DNA of 64,000 bases from the NCBI GenBank assembly GCA_951804945.1, contig OX638149.1, positions 90,520,001 to 90,584,000 on the forward strand, given 5' to 3'. The notes under the pieces are model-generated. The model did not search any database. It was not told the origin of the DNA and saw only the letters and a list, made by a program, of their open reading frames with translations. This DNA comes from Podarcis cretensis. Its lineage: Eukaryota. Shown piece by piece: positions 27,500 through 38,676 of the stretch (position 1 is the stretch's first letter; each line of letters opens with the position of its first letter). The position numbers were made by a program, and so were the translations under genes.

Positions 27500-27806
27500 G
27501 GGCTAGCTTTTGGTCTCCAGATGTTGTTGAACTCCATCTCCCATCATGCCTGACTGCTGCCCATGCTGGGTGAGGCTGATGGAGGTTGGAGTAGTGGTGG
27601 ACCTTGGGGTTTCAAATTTCAGTGGCACCCTGTGCAATGCCAAAATTTGGTGCCTCCCCTTGTTCCATTCTAAATCATAGCTGCAGCATCCACAGTGGCA
27701 TCCCCAAGGCTCAGCGTCCAGTGCAGTCAAACTGGTCATGCTGCCCTAAATCTGCCTGTGGTTGGAGTCCTTTAAAATCTGGAGGGACACAGGTTAGCCA
27801 GCTCTG
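27500..27806. mobile_element. hAT MITE carrying a nested insertion at 27593-27760
   Basis: Outer MITE motifs resume after an 8-bp direct repeat GTTGGAGT (27585-27592, 27761-27768). Confidence 0.65.
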
Positions 27807-29527
27807 ATTTAAATGTATAGGAACCCTGGAGAGAGCAATTTAGATGGACGCCTTCCATTTTAAGGTTCATTTCTTCCTCATCCTTAGGTTCATAGTGACT
27901 TCAACTCAGATGTCATTTCAACACTACAGTTTTCTCTCTGGGGACATTTTGGAAGGAGTGCTCTCATAATTGAAACAATCTTTTTATTTTGTCCTGTTGC
28001 TCTTTGCATGAGGTCTGCCAGAATGACACCAGTTTATACTTGATAATAAGTTTGAAGCTTGGGAGAAAATGGCGAGATGGTAAAAAGAGCAGGCGGTCCC
28101 TATACAATATTGTACCAACACTATGCACAATGATATGCGCAAGAATTTATTTTTAAAGTTAAAACACCCTGATATATAGTGTAACACCCCCACCCCCAAG
28201 ATATGCAGATAACAGGAGATGAAAAAATTATCAGAGCAGCCAGTAGACTAGGGGCAGCTAGCCTATGGAGCGTATATGCACACCCCACACTGCAAGAGGT
28301 TTGTTTTTGTGCCTGTAAAATTTATTTTTTCAATAATGATAGAAGTTTTCTTTTACTGCTTCTGTGGCTCCCTGCCTTAGGGGTTGGGGAACCCCCAGAA
28401 CAGGTTTAGCGGGCACATGCATGAGTCATTTTGTGCACATATATCCTTCTTAGCATTCCTCTGAATTCCACCCATACATTTTACTTTACTTTTTTATTTT
28501 TTTTGAAAAAACAAACCCACTCCTGAGGGTTCCTGGCTGTGATTTTATGACATCAAAAGGTTTTTGTGATGCTTTCTGGACCACTCAAATATCCTTTTTA
28601 TTTAATTTTAAAATGCCACATTCACTTATACACTTTGACATGTGGCCCTTGGAATGCTGGCCATGGGCCAATGGGGCCCTCAGCCTGAAGAAGGTCAGCC
28701 ATCCCTGCAGTAGACTGTGCAAAAGGCAGGAAAGTCCACCCTAAGAAACTTGTGATGGGATATGAAGGACATGAAAGTAAATACTTCTCAGGAGCTTCTG
28801 ATTTCACCCAAAAACTCCCCCCCAGTGGTTGTTCAGCCCCTATTGGTTTGTGGGGGTAAGTTCTCAACCATCTTACGGTACAACATCATTGGTGGAATGA
28901 TCGCTTCAGACCTTAAGAAAATATTGCTGCATTGTTAAGGCCATGGGTGAAGATACTTTGGAAAGGACTTGCACATTTGGCGGGATGGTGGGTGGGTGCA
29001 CATGGTAGGATCAATATGCCATAGGGTGATACCCTCAGGAGGTAACTCCCATGAAGTTAGAGCAAGGTTTAAAGAAGACACAAACTTATCTTTTGTAGCC
29101 TCACACTATTGATATGTTGATTGATAGCCAGTGGTCCTTGGCTCACTCAGCCACCTGCTGGATTGCTTAGCTTTCTAGTTTTCAACCTCTACCTTTGCCC
29201 TCCATATAACTTTGAGGTAACTTGGTAGATCAATGGTGGCAAGTAGCTTCCAAATGGAAAGCAATGAGCCATTGATCTCTCCTCTTCCTACCTCCTGAAC
29301 ATTCACACAGCACTTAAAAGGATATTTTTCTACTGAAAATGTCCGGCAGACTCCCTCTCTGCCAAGCTAATCAGATGCACACTGAGGGATGGCCCCATAG
29401 GTCCTCTTTGAATAAGTCTCTTCATGGTAACTATGTACATTAGCTCATGCACGGAATCTTCACCTTTCTTTCACATTGGTTGAGCCGTGTTGTAATGGAC
29501 ATCACTTTCGTGTGCCGTCCTCAACAG

Positions 29528-29572
29528 AAAGAAAACTAAACTGTTCTCCAGGCTGAGGAAAAAGATGAGCAG
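29528..29572 (+). CDS. BIN1: BIN1 exon 11 (muscle-specific polybasic PI motif): RKKTKLFSRLRKKMS
   Basis: tcaacag|AAAGAAAACT...GAGCAG|gtacca, 45 nt, symmetric phase 2; homologous to human RKKSKLFSRLRRKKN. Confidence 0.93.
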
Positions 29573-31634
29573 GTACCAGCAAGCTCCATTCCCTTCCCGC
29601 TCTGATTTGGATGTAAAAGCCAAAAGCCAGGCTGTATTCTAACAGCATTTAGTGCATTGTTAGCTTGGTGACTGAAATGGAGTTTCTGCATGATCCAAAT
29701 TGCTTTGTTTTGGAATTACGGATTGCATTGATGTTTCTGAATAATCCTAATAGCGTTTTATAAATGTTTATAACCACTTCCACCCTCCTTTGAAAGTTGG
29801 CAACAGAAGATATATGGACCTTTGTATTTCCCAAAGAATAAATGAGTATCTTGTGGTCTACTCATGTACTGCAGACCTAACTACTGGAAGTTGCTTAAGA
29901 GAGAAAATTGCAGCTGTGTGCCAAGGCCACATTTCCTTTCAAGTGCAGGGAACTTCAGGAAAACTTGTAGTGGATCAGGACAGACATAGGTTGGGTGGGA
30001 GGAGAGATGGAAAAAATGGGAGCAGTCTTCTTCTCTCCCTCAAACCTTGTTGAAGATGATTTTTTAGGTCTCCTGTTCTTCCTTCTTGAAAGTCTAAAGA
30101 AAAATAATCTCATATCCTTTTTTTCTTCTATATTCTGTGGCAGCTTAGAATTGTGTTTTTATTCCTCTTTCAACTGAAATTTGTCCTTTTCAGGACAGGA
30201 GCCAGTCAGTCTTTTAACCTGTTCCCTTATACTTCCTAAAAATAGTGTAGATGTTGGATGATAATGTAAGTTGGGTGGATGCTTAGGGGACATGGTGCTT
30301 GGTTGTATTGTGTTTATATACTAACTAGCTTGCTGAATTGCATGGTGGCTGGTATTACTGTGTAACTCTGAGTTTACAGAGAGAACTCTCAATTGCTTCC
30401 TTCCCGCTGTGTATGTCCTTGGATAAGATCTGAGAGCTAAAAGACCTTCAACCTCCTTGCTGAAACAAGAGTCCCTGTGAGGATACATGCAAGGCAGGAG
30501 AATGGTTGAGGTGTGAGTTGGTGACCCACCTTTCATTACTTGCTTTCTGCAATTCCCATATGAGGCTCCCATAAACAAACAGGTTAGGGTCCCCTCTTAA
30601 AACCATGCTTCAAATATGTTTATCTAGAAGTAAGTCCTACCGGATTCAGTGGGATTTACTTCCTAGTATGAATGCTCAGCCATAGACAGGCCCTGAGCAT
30701 GTGTTTCCTGTTCTGTTGCTAGAGACAGTTTTCAAACATTCTCAACGATTTCTAAATACTGAGATGACACAATGTGGTGTGGAAATCCAGCTCTTGTGAT
30801 TGCTTTCCAAGAACAATGTATTTCAAAACAGCTTGTCTGCTCCAAACTTGAGCTTTATACTCATATGTTGTTTCAATATGGTCTGTTGCCCCCTATCTTG
30901 TTATGTGCCTGTAGCTATCACAGCTAACCAGTGGCTTTGGTGATTGAAATAATTATTGCGTAATATAGAGGATGGTGTGGGAGGGTGAAAGACATTGGTG
31001 GGGTTAAAGGTTGTATGCTTGATCTATTAGGGGCCCTGTTTAATTTAGTAAATATCACATTTACTAAAAGTCAGATTCTTTCTTGTTGAATTCTTAGGGG
31101 ATAACAGCTTACTGTATGCAAGGGCCAAACTACACGTGGCATTAAACATACAGTTTGGTATTACATTATCAGGATCAAGACCACAGAATGCAAGGAGAAT
31201 GAACTCTTCTTCCCCTCCCACATCACAGACCTGATGAAATCTATTCCCCATGCAGCTGTTGTTTGACATAGGAAGAAAGTTCCCATGGACATCTTCCTGT
31301 GAGAGGCAGCAGCTTACGGAGCGAGTGAATTTTTCTTGGCAATTGTGGTGTGGGAGGCAAGAGTTAAATGAATATACCCTATGTGTACTGTGCCCACCCA
31401 AAAACGCAGCTGCTGTTTGTTTTTGAAGATAACTTCTGCACCAAACTACATGATTATTGTCACACATTTTCTTGCATTAAAAGTTTGTGCTATTACAGTA
31501 ATGGGGCCAGGCATCTGTTGCAAAATAATAATTTAAGAGGGTACTTTCCCTCATCCCTTAAAAGCTCATTCAAATGCTGATATTCTCTCTCTCTCTCTCT
31601 CTCTTTCCGTCTGTCTGTCTCTCTCTCTCTGCAG

Positions 31635-31785
31635 TGACAGTACCCCAGCAAAAGCAAACAAAACCCCCTCATCTCCGCCTGATGGGACTCCCATCACCAG
31701 CCCTGAGACCAAGGCTATCAACCATGAGCCAGAGCCATCCACTTTGGAAACACCTGGGGGAGGCATCCCTAAGTCTCCATCTCAG
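31635..31785 (+). CDS. BIN1: BIN1 exon 12 (Pro/Ser-rich): [50 protein letters not shown]
   Basis: (ct)n-gcag|TGACAGT...TCTCAG|gtagtg, 151 nt. Confidence 0.93.
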
Positions 31786-34123
31786 GTAGTGAGGATTGCT
31801 GCTGCTGCTGCTGCTGTTTTTTCCTTGAGGACATACATGACAATGTCATTCATGGTTGGGTTTCCTTGGCTGCTACTCTATGGAGAGTAATGGACTTTTC
31901 TCCATTTATGTTCACCAACAGTTCTAGGCAACGTGTATCAACTAGTCTCTCCATTTCCATCTAATGTTGTTCTTGCCTAATCCAGTTTCTTTATCTACAA
32001 ACGACAGTACTTCCTCTTCAGTAGGGATTCTATGTAGGCCAAGCTGGTCTTGCTGTGTAACAGGTATGGTACATAACTGTTCTTAAGGACAAGCAGAGGC
32101 TATAGATAAACTAAGAAAACCTGTATTTGCATGGACAGCTTCTGGATCAACTGGTGGCACAGGATATCAGTTGAATCAGGAAGTAGAATATGGAAGTTAA
32201 TTAGAATTTTTTTAAAAGGCAAATGGTTTTGCTAGTTAAGAAAGGTGCATTATGAACTCTTCCATCCTCAATGGACAAGAAACAGGTAAGTGAATTGGAC
32301 CAGATATAAGATAATGATACTAAGAATGGCATTTTGGATATTGTTTTCTTCTTCTTCAGCATGAGATGCACTATTGCACAAAACCTGATCTTGACTTTTA
32401 AAGTGTAATGACAGCATTTTTGGGTTGTCAGCTTTGCAGCCATAATGGCCAGTTGAAACCCACAACAATCATGCAAAGAGAACAGCCTGTACATTGGCAG
32501 TTAGACAGTTGTAGGCTTTATGCGAAACAGACTACCTGAAAAGTCTTTGGTATGTCCCATGGTTGCCCAAGCAACTGCTGAGGATTACTGTACATGAATT
32601 GCTGAACAGCAAAGATGGCGGTTCTCTCCTAGCAAAAAAGTTACAGCAGGAAAATGTCAAATGTCAAAATATTTATATTATGTTCCAAACATTAACTTTT
32701 TACTATTGCTGGAGTTATTTTGATTTTTCTCAGATGTACATACAGTGTGAGTGGCTTTTATTTGGCCTTTTCTGTGCCCATCCTCCCCCCCCCCCCGAGA
32801 ATGGTAGGTTTGTCCTAGCAGTTAAAGCACCAAACACTAAGTTGAGAATATTGTGCTTGTTAGAATGTTAACCCATGGGTGCTGAATTCTGGCTGTGGTA
32901 TATCAAATGTAGGGCGTGTTTCATAATATTTACTGTAACTGTAGATTTATGTAAGGGCTGCCTGTGAGAAGGAATTACAGTATAACCCTCTACATACTTT
33001 CACTGTATTCAGCGGGGCTTGGTCCCAGGTAAGTGTGTCTTGGATGGTAACCTTAGTGTCCAAACAGAACCTAGCCAGAACCATTGAAAGTGTTCTTTGT
33101 ATATAGCAGTATTTTTAAATAACCACATCCTGTCTTTTGAATAGGGCCCTAAATAATATGCCCCAAAGAAGAGGTGGAAATTCTAATTGGAAATATCGTA
33201 TGTTCTGAGAGTAACCTCTATCTCATCTCAGATATGTTAGGTCCAAGAAGGAGGTGGTTTGGAAAACAGTTAAAACTTGGATATATGGAAACTTGAGGTT
33301 TCAGTGTAGGTGTTCTGCTGTAAAAAGGAATTTACAGATGGCCTCTTGAGGTGCTCCCTGATGTGCATCCTGCTCCAAACAGCTGATAGGTGGGATTTTA
33401 GGGTTTTTTTAAAAAAGGGGTAAGTAAGTAAAGCCTCAACTTTTACATCAGGGAGATGAATTCTACTTGCAGCACCTTCTTTCTGTGAGTGATTTCCATA
33501 TCCAGTTAGGTATATGGATGTGAACCTCTGCTGGTGTATGTATGTGATTCCAGGCATTTTGGGGGCAAGGAATTGAAGCACTGCTGACCCACAATCTATA
33601 TGTTTGGGATACCAGTTGTTTCTAATTCAGACAAGAAATTCTAAGCCCCCCTCCCTGCCCCCCTCACAGGGTGTGCCTCTCCTTTCAGGTACCTCTACCT
33701 GGGCTTTTCACTAACCCAGTCCTAACTCCTGACTCACTATGACACACCAGCAACCACTGCTACTTGCTCTCTTTCTCTAGCTGATACGGGGTTGGGCCTC
33801 TCAGGAAAGGCAACCCTTCTTCCTCATTGCTGCTAGTTGTTTCTTCCTTGGAGCAAACCACAGCCTCACCCTCTCAGTGCCACCTGTGTGGCTGAAAACG
33901 ACTTACAACAACAAACAAAGCATGCATTAAAACCAGCCAAGACATAGTAAAATTTAAAACTCATTCATATTTTAAAAAGGAGGGTTAAAAACATTCTATC
34001 CCACAAAGGATTAAAATATCGCCTTCAGGTTTCTGGGGGGAAAAAAAACTCCACTTCTCTCTATCCCCGCTACCCCTTCCCAAAGAAATACAAAAGAAAC
34101 ATGGTTTACTATAGTATCTAGAG

Positions 34124-34251
34124 CTGACTTTCTCAGCCTTGGGTCCCCAGATGTTCTTGAACTACAGTGTGCATCATCTCTGACCACTGGCCTTGCTGGC
34201 TAGGGATGATGGGAGTTGTAGTCCCTGGGGAGCCAAAGTTGAGAAAGGCTG
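34124..34251. mobile_element. hAT MITE
   Basis: Degenerate TIR, family-internal motifs, TSD ATCTAGAG/ATCTAGGG. Confidence 0.75.
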
Positions 34252-37192
34252 ATCTAGGGAACTTGCCAAGGTAGTGCATTAACAGAAAATACACATGGCG
34301 AATGCTGCCATCAGCTGGTGGTTCTTTTTCAATGCATAGTTCAGCTAATCATTGCAGGTTGGTTGTTTCATTTATTATGCTCATACATCAGAGACAGATC
34401 CTAATGGGCATAAAACAGTATTTTTAAACCAGCAGATGGGCACATTAATTTTCCCAGAATATTTTTAAAATGAAATATAAGCATGCAGTAGTAAAGGCAT
34501 TTCAGCAGGAAATCTATAATTCACTAAGAAGCATTCCTGACAAACCCTCTTCCACAGTTCAGTGGTTTATACTTGCAGATAAATGACTAAGTTGGGTGTG
34601 TTGAGGAAGAAGTGACATCTGGAACTTTAATGTGAGTTTTTGAAAGAAGATTTGACAATGTTGACACACTGGAGTTTAGCTAAGCACTAATCAGCTCAGC
34701 AATGAGTTGCTCTTAACCCCACCTCCTCATGCAAACAGCACCAAATATTTTTAAAATGCAATCAGCTTCCTGCTCTATACCTAAGAGTTCTTTTGTGCAT
34801 TATTGTGTAATGAGAGATACAGTATTTTTCTCCTAAAATCAGCATTCTTGTCTGTTGCTAGCTCTCTCGCCTGCCCATGAAATCTTGAGTTGTGCAGGTG
34901 GAAATAAGTTTATATAGAAAGTTATAGGAAGGATCCACCATTAAAACATAAAGCAACATTAGATTTTTTTTTAGAGGCACATAAAAGTAGACGGTGGATG
35001 CGAATAAATGAAAAATACAACCTATTGCCTAACAAAATCAAATTTTAAAAGTTAAAGTGCAAGCCAAAGTACAGACCACAGGGGGGAAGAAATAAGCTAT
35101 GTCCAGATGGTGTGGCAGAATGTAGGGGAAGGTGGAAAATCCACTTCCGTAAAGGGAAACTTCTTGAACTCTAAAGGAACGAGTTGACAGCACTGTCTCA
35201 AAGTTAGATAATCTGCCTGTCACTGCAATAGTGTATGAATAAGAATTGATCACTTGCATGCTGAAGGTGTGTTCTTGTTGGAAATCTAGAATGACTTCAC
35301 TGAACACAGTGCAAAAATATTTTCTTAAGTTCTCCAAATGAATGTAGCAGCATTTGAAGAGGGCATGTGAGGAAACTTAAGCCTATTGGTCTTCTTCTAG
35401 ATGACATGCCCCCTTCTCCAGAACTGTGGAAGACATTGCTCAGCTGCAGCCAAAAGACTGCCCTATTGAGAAGACATGGTTTCCATTTGATTTTTAGATC
35501 CCAGTAGGTGCTGAAAAAGTGCTTGTTAGGTAGTGCGGAGAAAGGCGTAACACTACTTTCCAGAGTTTTAAAAAGCATGAGTAGGGTGTGTGAGAGGGAA
35601 GATTGCAGTGCAGATAAACACCCATGTTGCCTCATGAAATCAGGCAGTGGTCTTTCCCAAGAGTGCTGGGCCCTGGGCATGCCAGTTCTTTCTATACTGA
35701 AAGCCAAAATGTAGGTTGTGTCTGTTGTTGTTAATAATGGATGTGTCCATTTCTAAAAACCCACTAAAAACTTTCTCCCACATCCCCAACCCCCAATTTC
35801 AGAAGCCTAATTTAGATTCCCTTCCACCAGTTATATTTAGTGTGTTGCTATTGTTAAAGCAATTAGGAGCATTACATTAGTCTTGACATTCTGCTGCCAT
35901 TTGCTTGGAGATCTTCTAGTTGATCTGAAATTACCTTCTGCATGTGCTGGAATTTCTGCAGCTTTTGATTATCAGCCAGCTGATAAACATATGTATGAAA
36001 TGGCAGCACCATCTTGTGCATTAAATGTAGGTCTGCAGTTAAAAGAGTTACACCCAGAGATAAGCCACTGTGTTACAAGAAACACTAAAAAGCAAAGTGT
36101 GTGAATCACGTTATTTTTGTGAATCTGTTATTTTTGGCACTTTTGTGACCTGTGAAACTAGCCAGATTGACTGTTGAAGACCCCAGTATGTAGTTTAGCT
36201 TGCTCATGCTTAATTGTCTTCAACAGTTTGGAAAACTAGATCTTTTCTGCTAGGCAGGGGCAGCATGACAAGTGTTTTGCACAATATTTTCACTGGGAAG
36301 CATTTTTTGAATGTTCAAGTAGCACAACACAATTGAAAACCAACCTACTGCTCTGATATTGCACCTAGAAATGAGACGCATTTCAGCTAATTTAGGTTTC
36401 TTAGTATGTTTGGTTGAAAGCATGACACCAAGTGAGCATCTGAGAAAGGAGAAGGAAGAGAAGAAAATCTTGACGTAACCAATCCAGATGGTACGGCCCC
36501 CAAGTGTGGCCTATGATGTTAAAGAAAAATAAGAGCCGCAATGTAACTTGTCGTAGGAGAATATGGATTCCCAGACCAGCATAATTTTTACTCTTGTGAC
36601 ATTTGTGGTTATTTCACAGGAATGCTGTGACTCCAAAAAGAATTGGACCCTGATTTCTTTTGGTTTGTATCTCAGCCATATTTAGGATGCCTTTGTGACG
36701 CTGAACCAAGGTCACTTATAAAGAATGGGTTTAATATATTGGGAAGCCTGTTTTTAGGAATCAGTAAAGCTGGCTTGGGTATCTTCTTTCTCTGTAGGCA
36801 GACAGGTACTGCTGCCACGAGTAATGCTGCTGTCTCTCCTGGCTCCTCAGCGCTCTTTTTTCGTAGTATGTAAACTCCCTCCTTGTCCTCCAGAAGGTTG
36901 CACAGACTCTAATTATGTATGCATGACCTATCTTATGCATATTAATTGTGTTACGCTTCTCCTCTGCAGAAGGGAGACCTGCCCACGACTGAAGTGTAAC
37001 TAATGATGCGAAGCCTTCTTTTGGAAGTGTGTGATTGTTTCTCCTTCCTCCCATGTGTGGACAACCCCCCTAGACCTCCTTCCTCTCTAGTTGTGTGTGT
37101 GTTTTGTATTTAGTTTTTGCTAACCTGGTTCCTGTCTCTGGTTTTTTGGGTGTTGCTGTCTGTGCCGTCGCCATGTGTTCGCTTGCATGCAG

Positions 37193-37321
37193 TTGCGGAA
37201 AGGTCCTCCCGTGCCGCCACCTCCAAAACTCACTCCATCCAAGGAGATGAAGCAGGAGAACATCATCAACCTGTTTGATGACAATTTTGTCCCAGAGATC
37301 AGTGTGACAACCCCCTCACAG
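37193..37321 (+). CDS. BIN1: BIN1 exon 13 (CLAP): [43 protein letters not shown]
   Basis: gcatgcag|TTGCGG...TCACAG|gttagc, 129 nt; carries the class I SH3 ligand and an FxDxF AP-2 motif. Confidence 0.96.
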
Positions 37322-38595
37322 GTTAGCTTCTCCTTCTTCCCTGCCCTCCCTTGTCCCTTCCTCTATCCGCTTCACCTTCACCTAATTTTTTTTTTTTTTT
37401 TGGTCCTTTCCTTATTAGAGGTGTCAGGCCATGAAAACTGCTCAGTGCATGAATGTATGGGGGGCCCAATGTGATTTGAACTGGGCAAAAGGGCCAGTGA
37501 GTTTTCCCACCACATATTATTGGCTCAGAAACTGTGTCTGAGGTAGATGGAGGCAGAATACGTGGAGAGGTTCCATTATTTTCCAATGTCTTTCATCAAG
37601 GCCATGGAGATCAAACCTATTTCTCCCCAGCTAAATAGGAGAGTGAGGCAGGAAGGCATTATTGTTTCAGGACATTGTGTACACACACCCCCATCCCCAC
37701 CCACACACCCTCATGTGAAGTGGTCCCAGTTCTGCAGCCAAGTGGAGGAAATGAGGTTTGGATCAAGGGCATCCATCCCCACCCTTTAGAACAAGCTTTT
37801 CTCCTGAGGCCCACATTCCTTTCTGGGGAGCTTTTTTGGGGGGGGCCTGGGCAAAAGTGGATGGCGCACAGAATCTAGGGTAAAGTTTAGAAGCTCTGCC
37901 CACATAATTTTTCTTAGAGTGAGGAGGAATTGTCTGGATGGGGCCCCCTTCATAACTGGGTGCTAGCATGGTCACCCTGGCTCGTACCTTACATCCCCTC
38001 ACATGGTTGGGGGATTAAGAATTGTGAGATTCTTAAATATATGAATGTGGGCTATGCCTCACAGTGGTAACTTGAAACACCTGTGTGGTTTTAGCTGCCT
38101 CCAAGAAAGAAGTGCTTTCTTTTCTTATTGATAAGAGTCTGAGAGACAGATGGGTTTTGTGTTAGTGACTTTGGATGCTTTCATGCATCAACCCTAGACA
38201 GGTCATTCTTGGCCCTGGGCCTGCCCTTAATATTTTTTAAAGTCACTAGCATCTGCCACCTCTTCAGAGTCTCATGGCCTCTCAAGCTACTATTGTAAAG
38301 CTTGAGAAACTGATTGAAAACAAAGTATTCTATTGTAGCTAATTGCCTGAGGTAGTGACTAGGCAAATGGATGATATCCACCACATTGTCCCTTCCCGGG
38401 GATGATTTAATTCTAGCCCTTGTGATGGAAGAAGGAAGAAACAACAGCCTGACCAGTTTTCTGGCTACATTCTCACAACTTGCATCATCATCATCAACAA
38501 CAACATTGTGATGTATAATTTTTTTCCATTATTCATAAAAAATGACACCTCTAGCAGTTCTGTTTCCTGATTCCGCTCTTCCTTCCCTACCTCAG

Positions 38596-38676
38596 TGCGG
38601 TGGCCTGCGGCTTTTACCTCTTCCTCCTGTTCGACGGCCGAAACATTGCGTGAGGGGCCTGGAGTTGGGAGAAAAG
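38596..38676 (+). CDS. Candidate extra in-frame cassette exon of BIN1 (CGGLRLLPLPPVRRPKHCVRGLELGEK)
   Basis: Long pyrimidine tract + cag acceptor, AAG|gcaagt GC donor, 81 nt phase 0-0, no stop; no transcript evidence. Confidence 0.4.

Noticed and set aside
31045-31467. 140-aa minus-strand ORF and possible plus-strand exon at about 31098
   Set aside because: No recognisable homology, and the plus-strand acceptor gives an immediate stop in the BIN1 frame.
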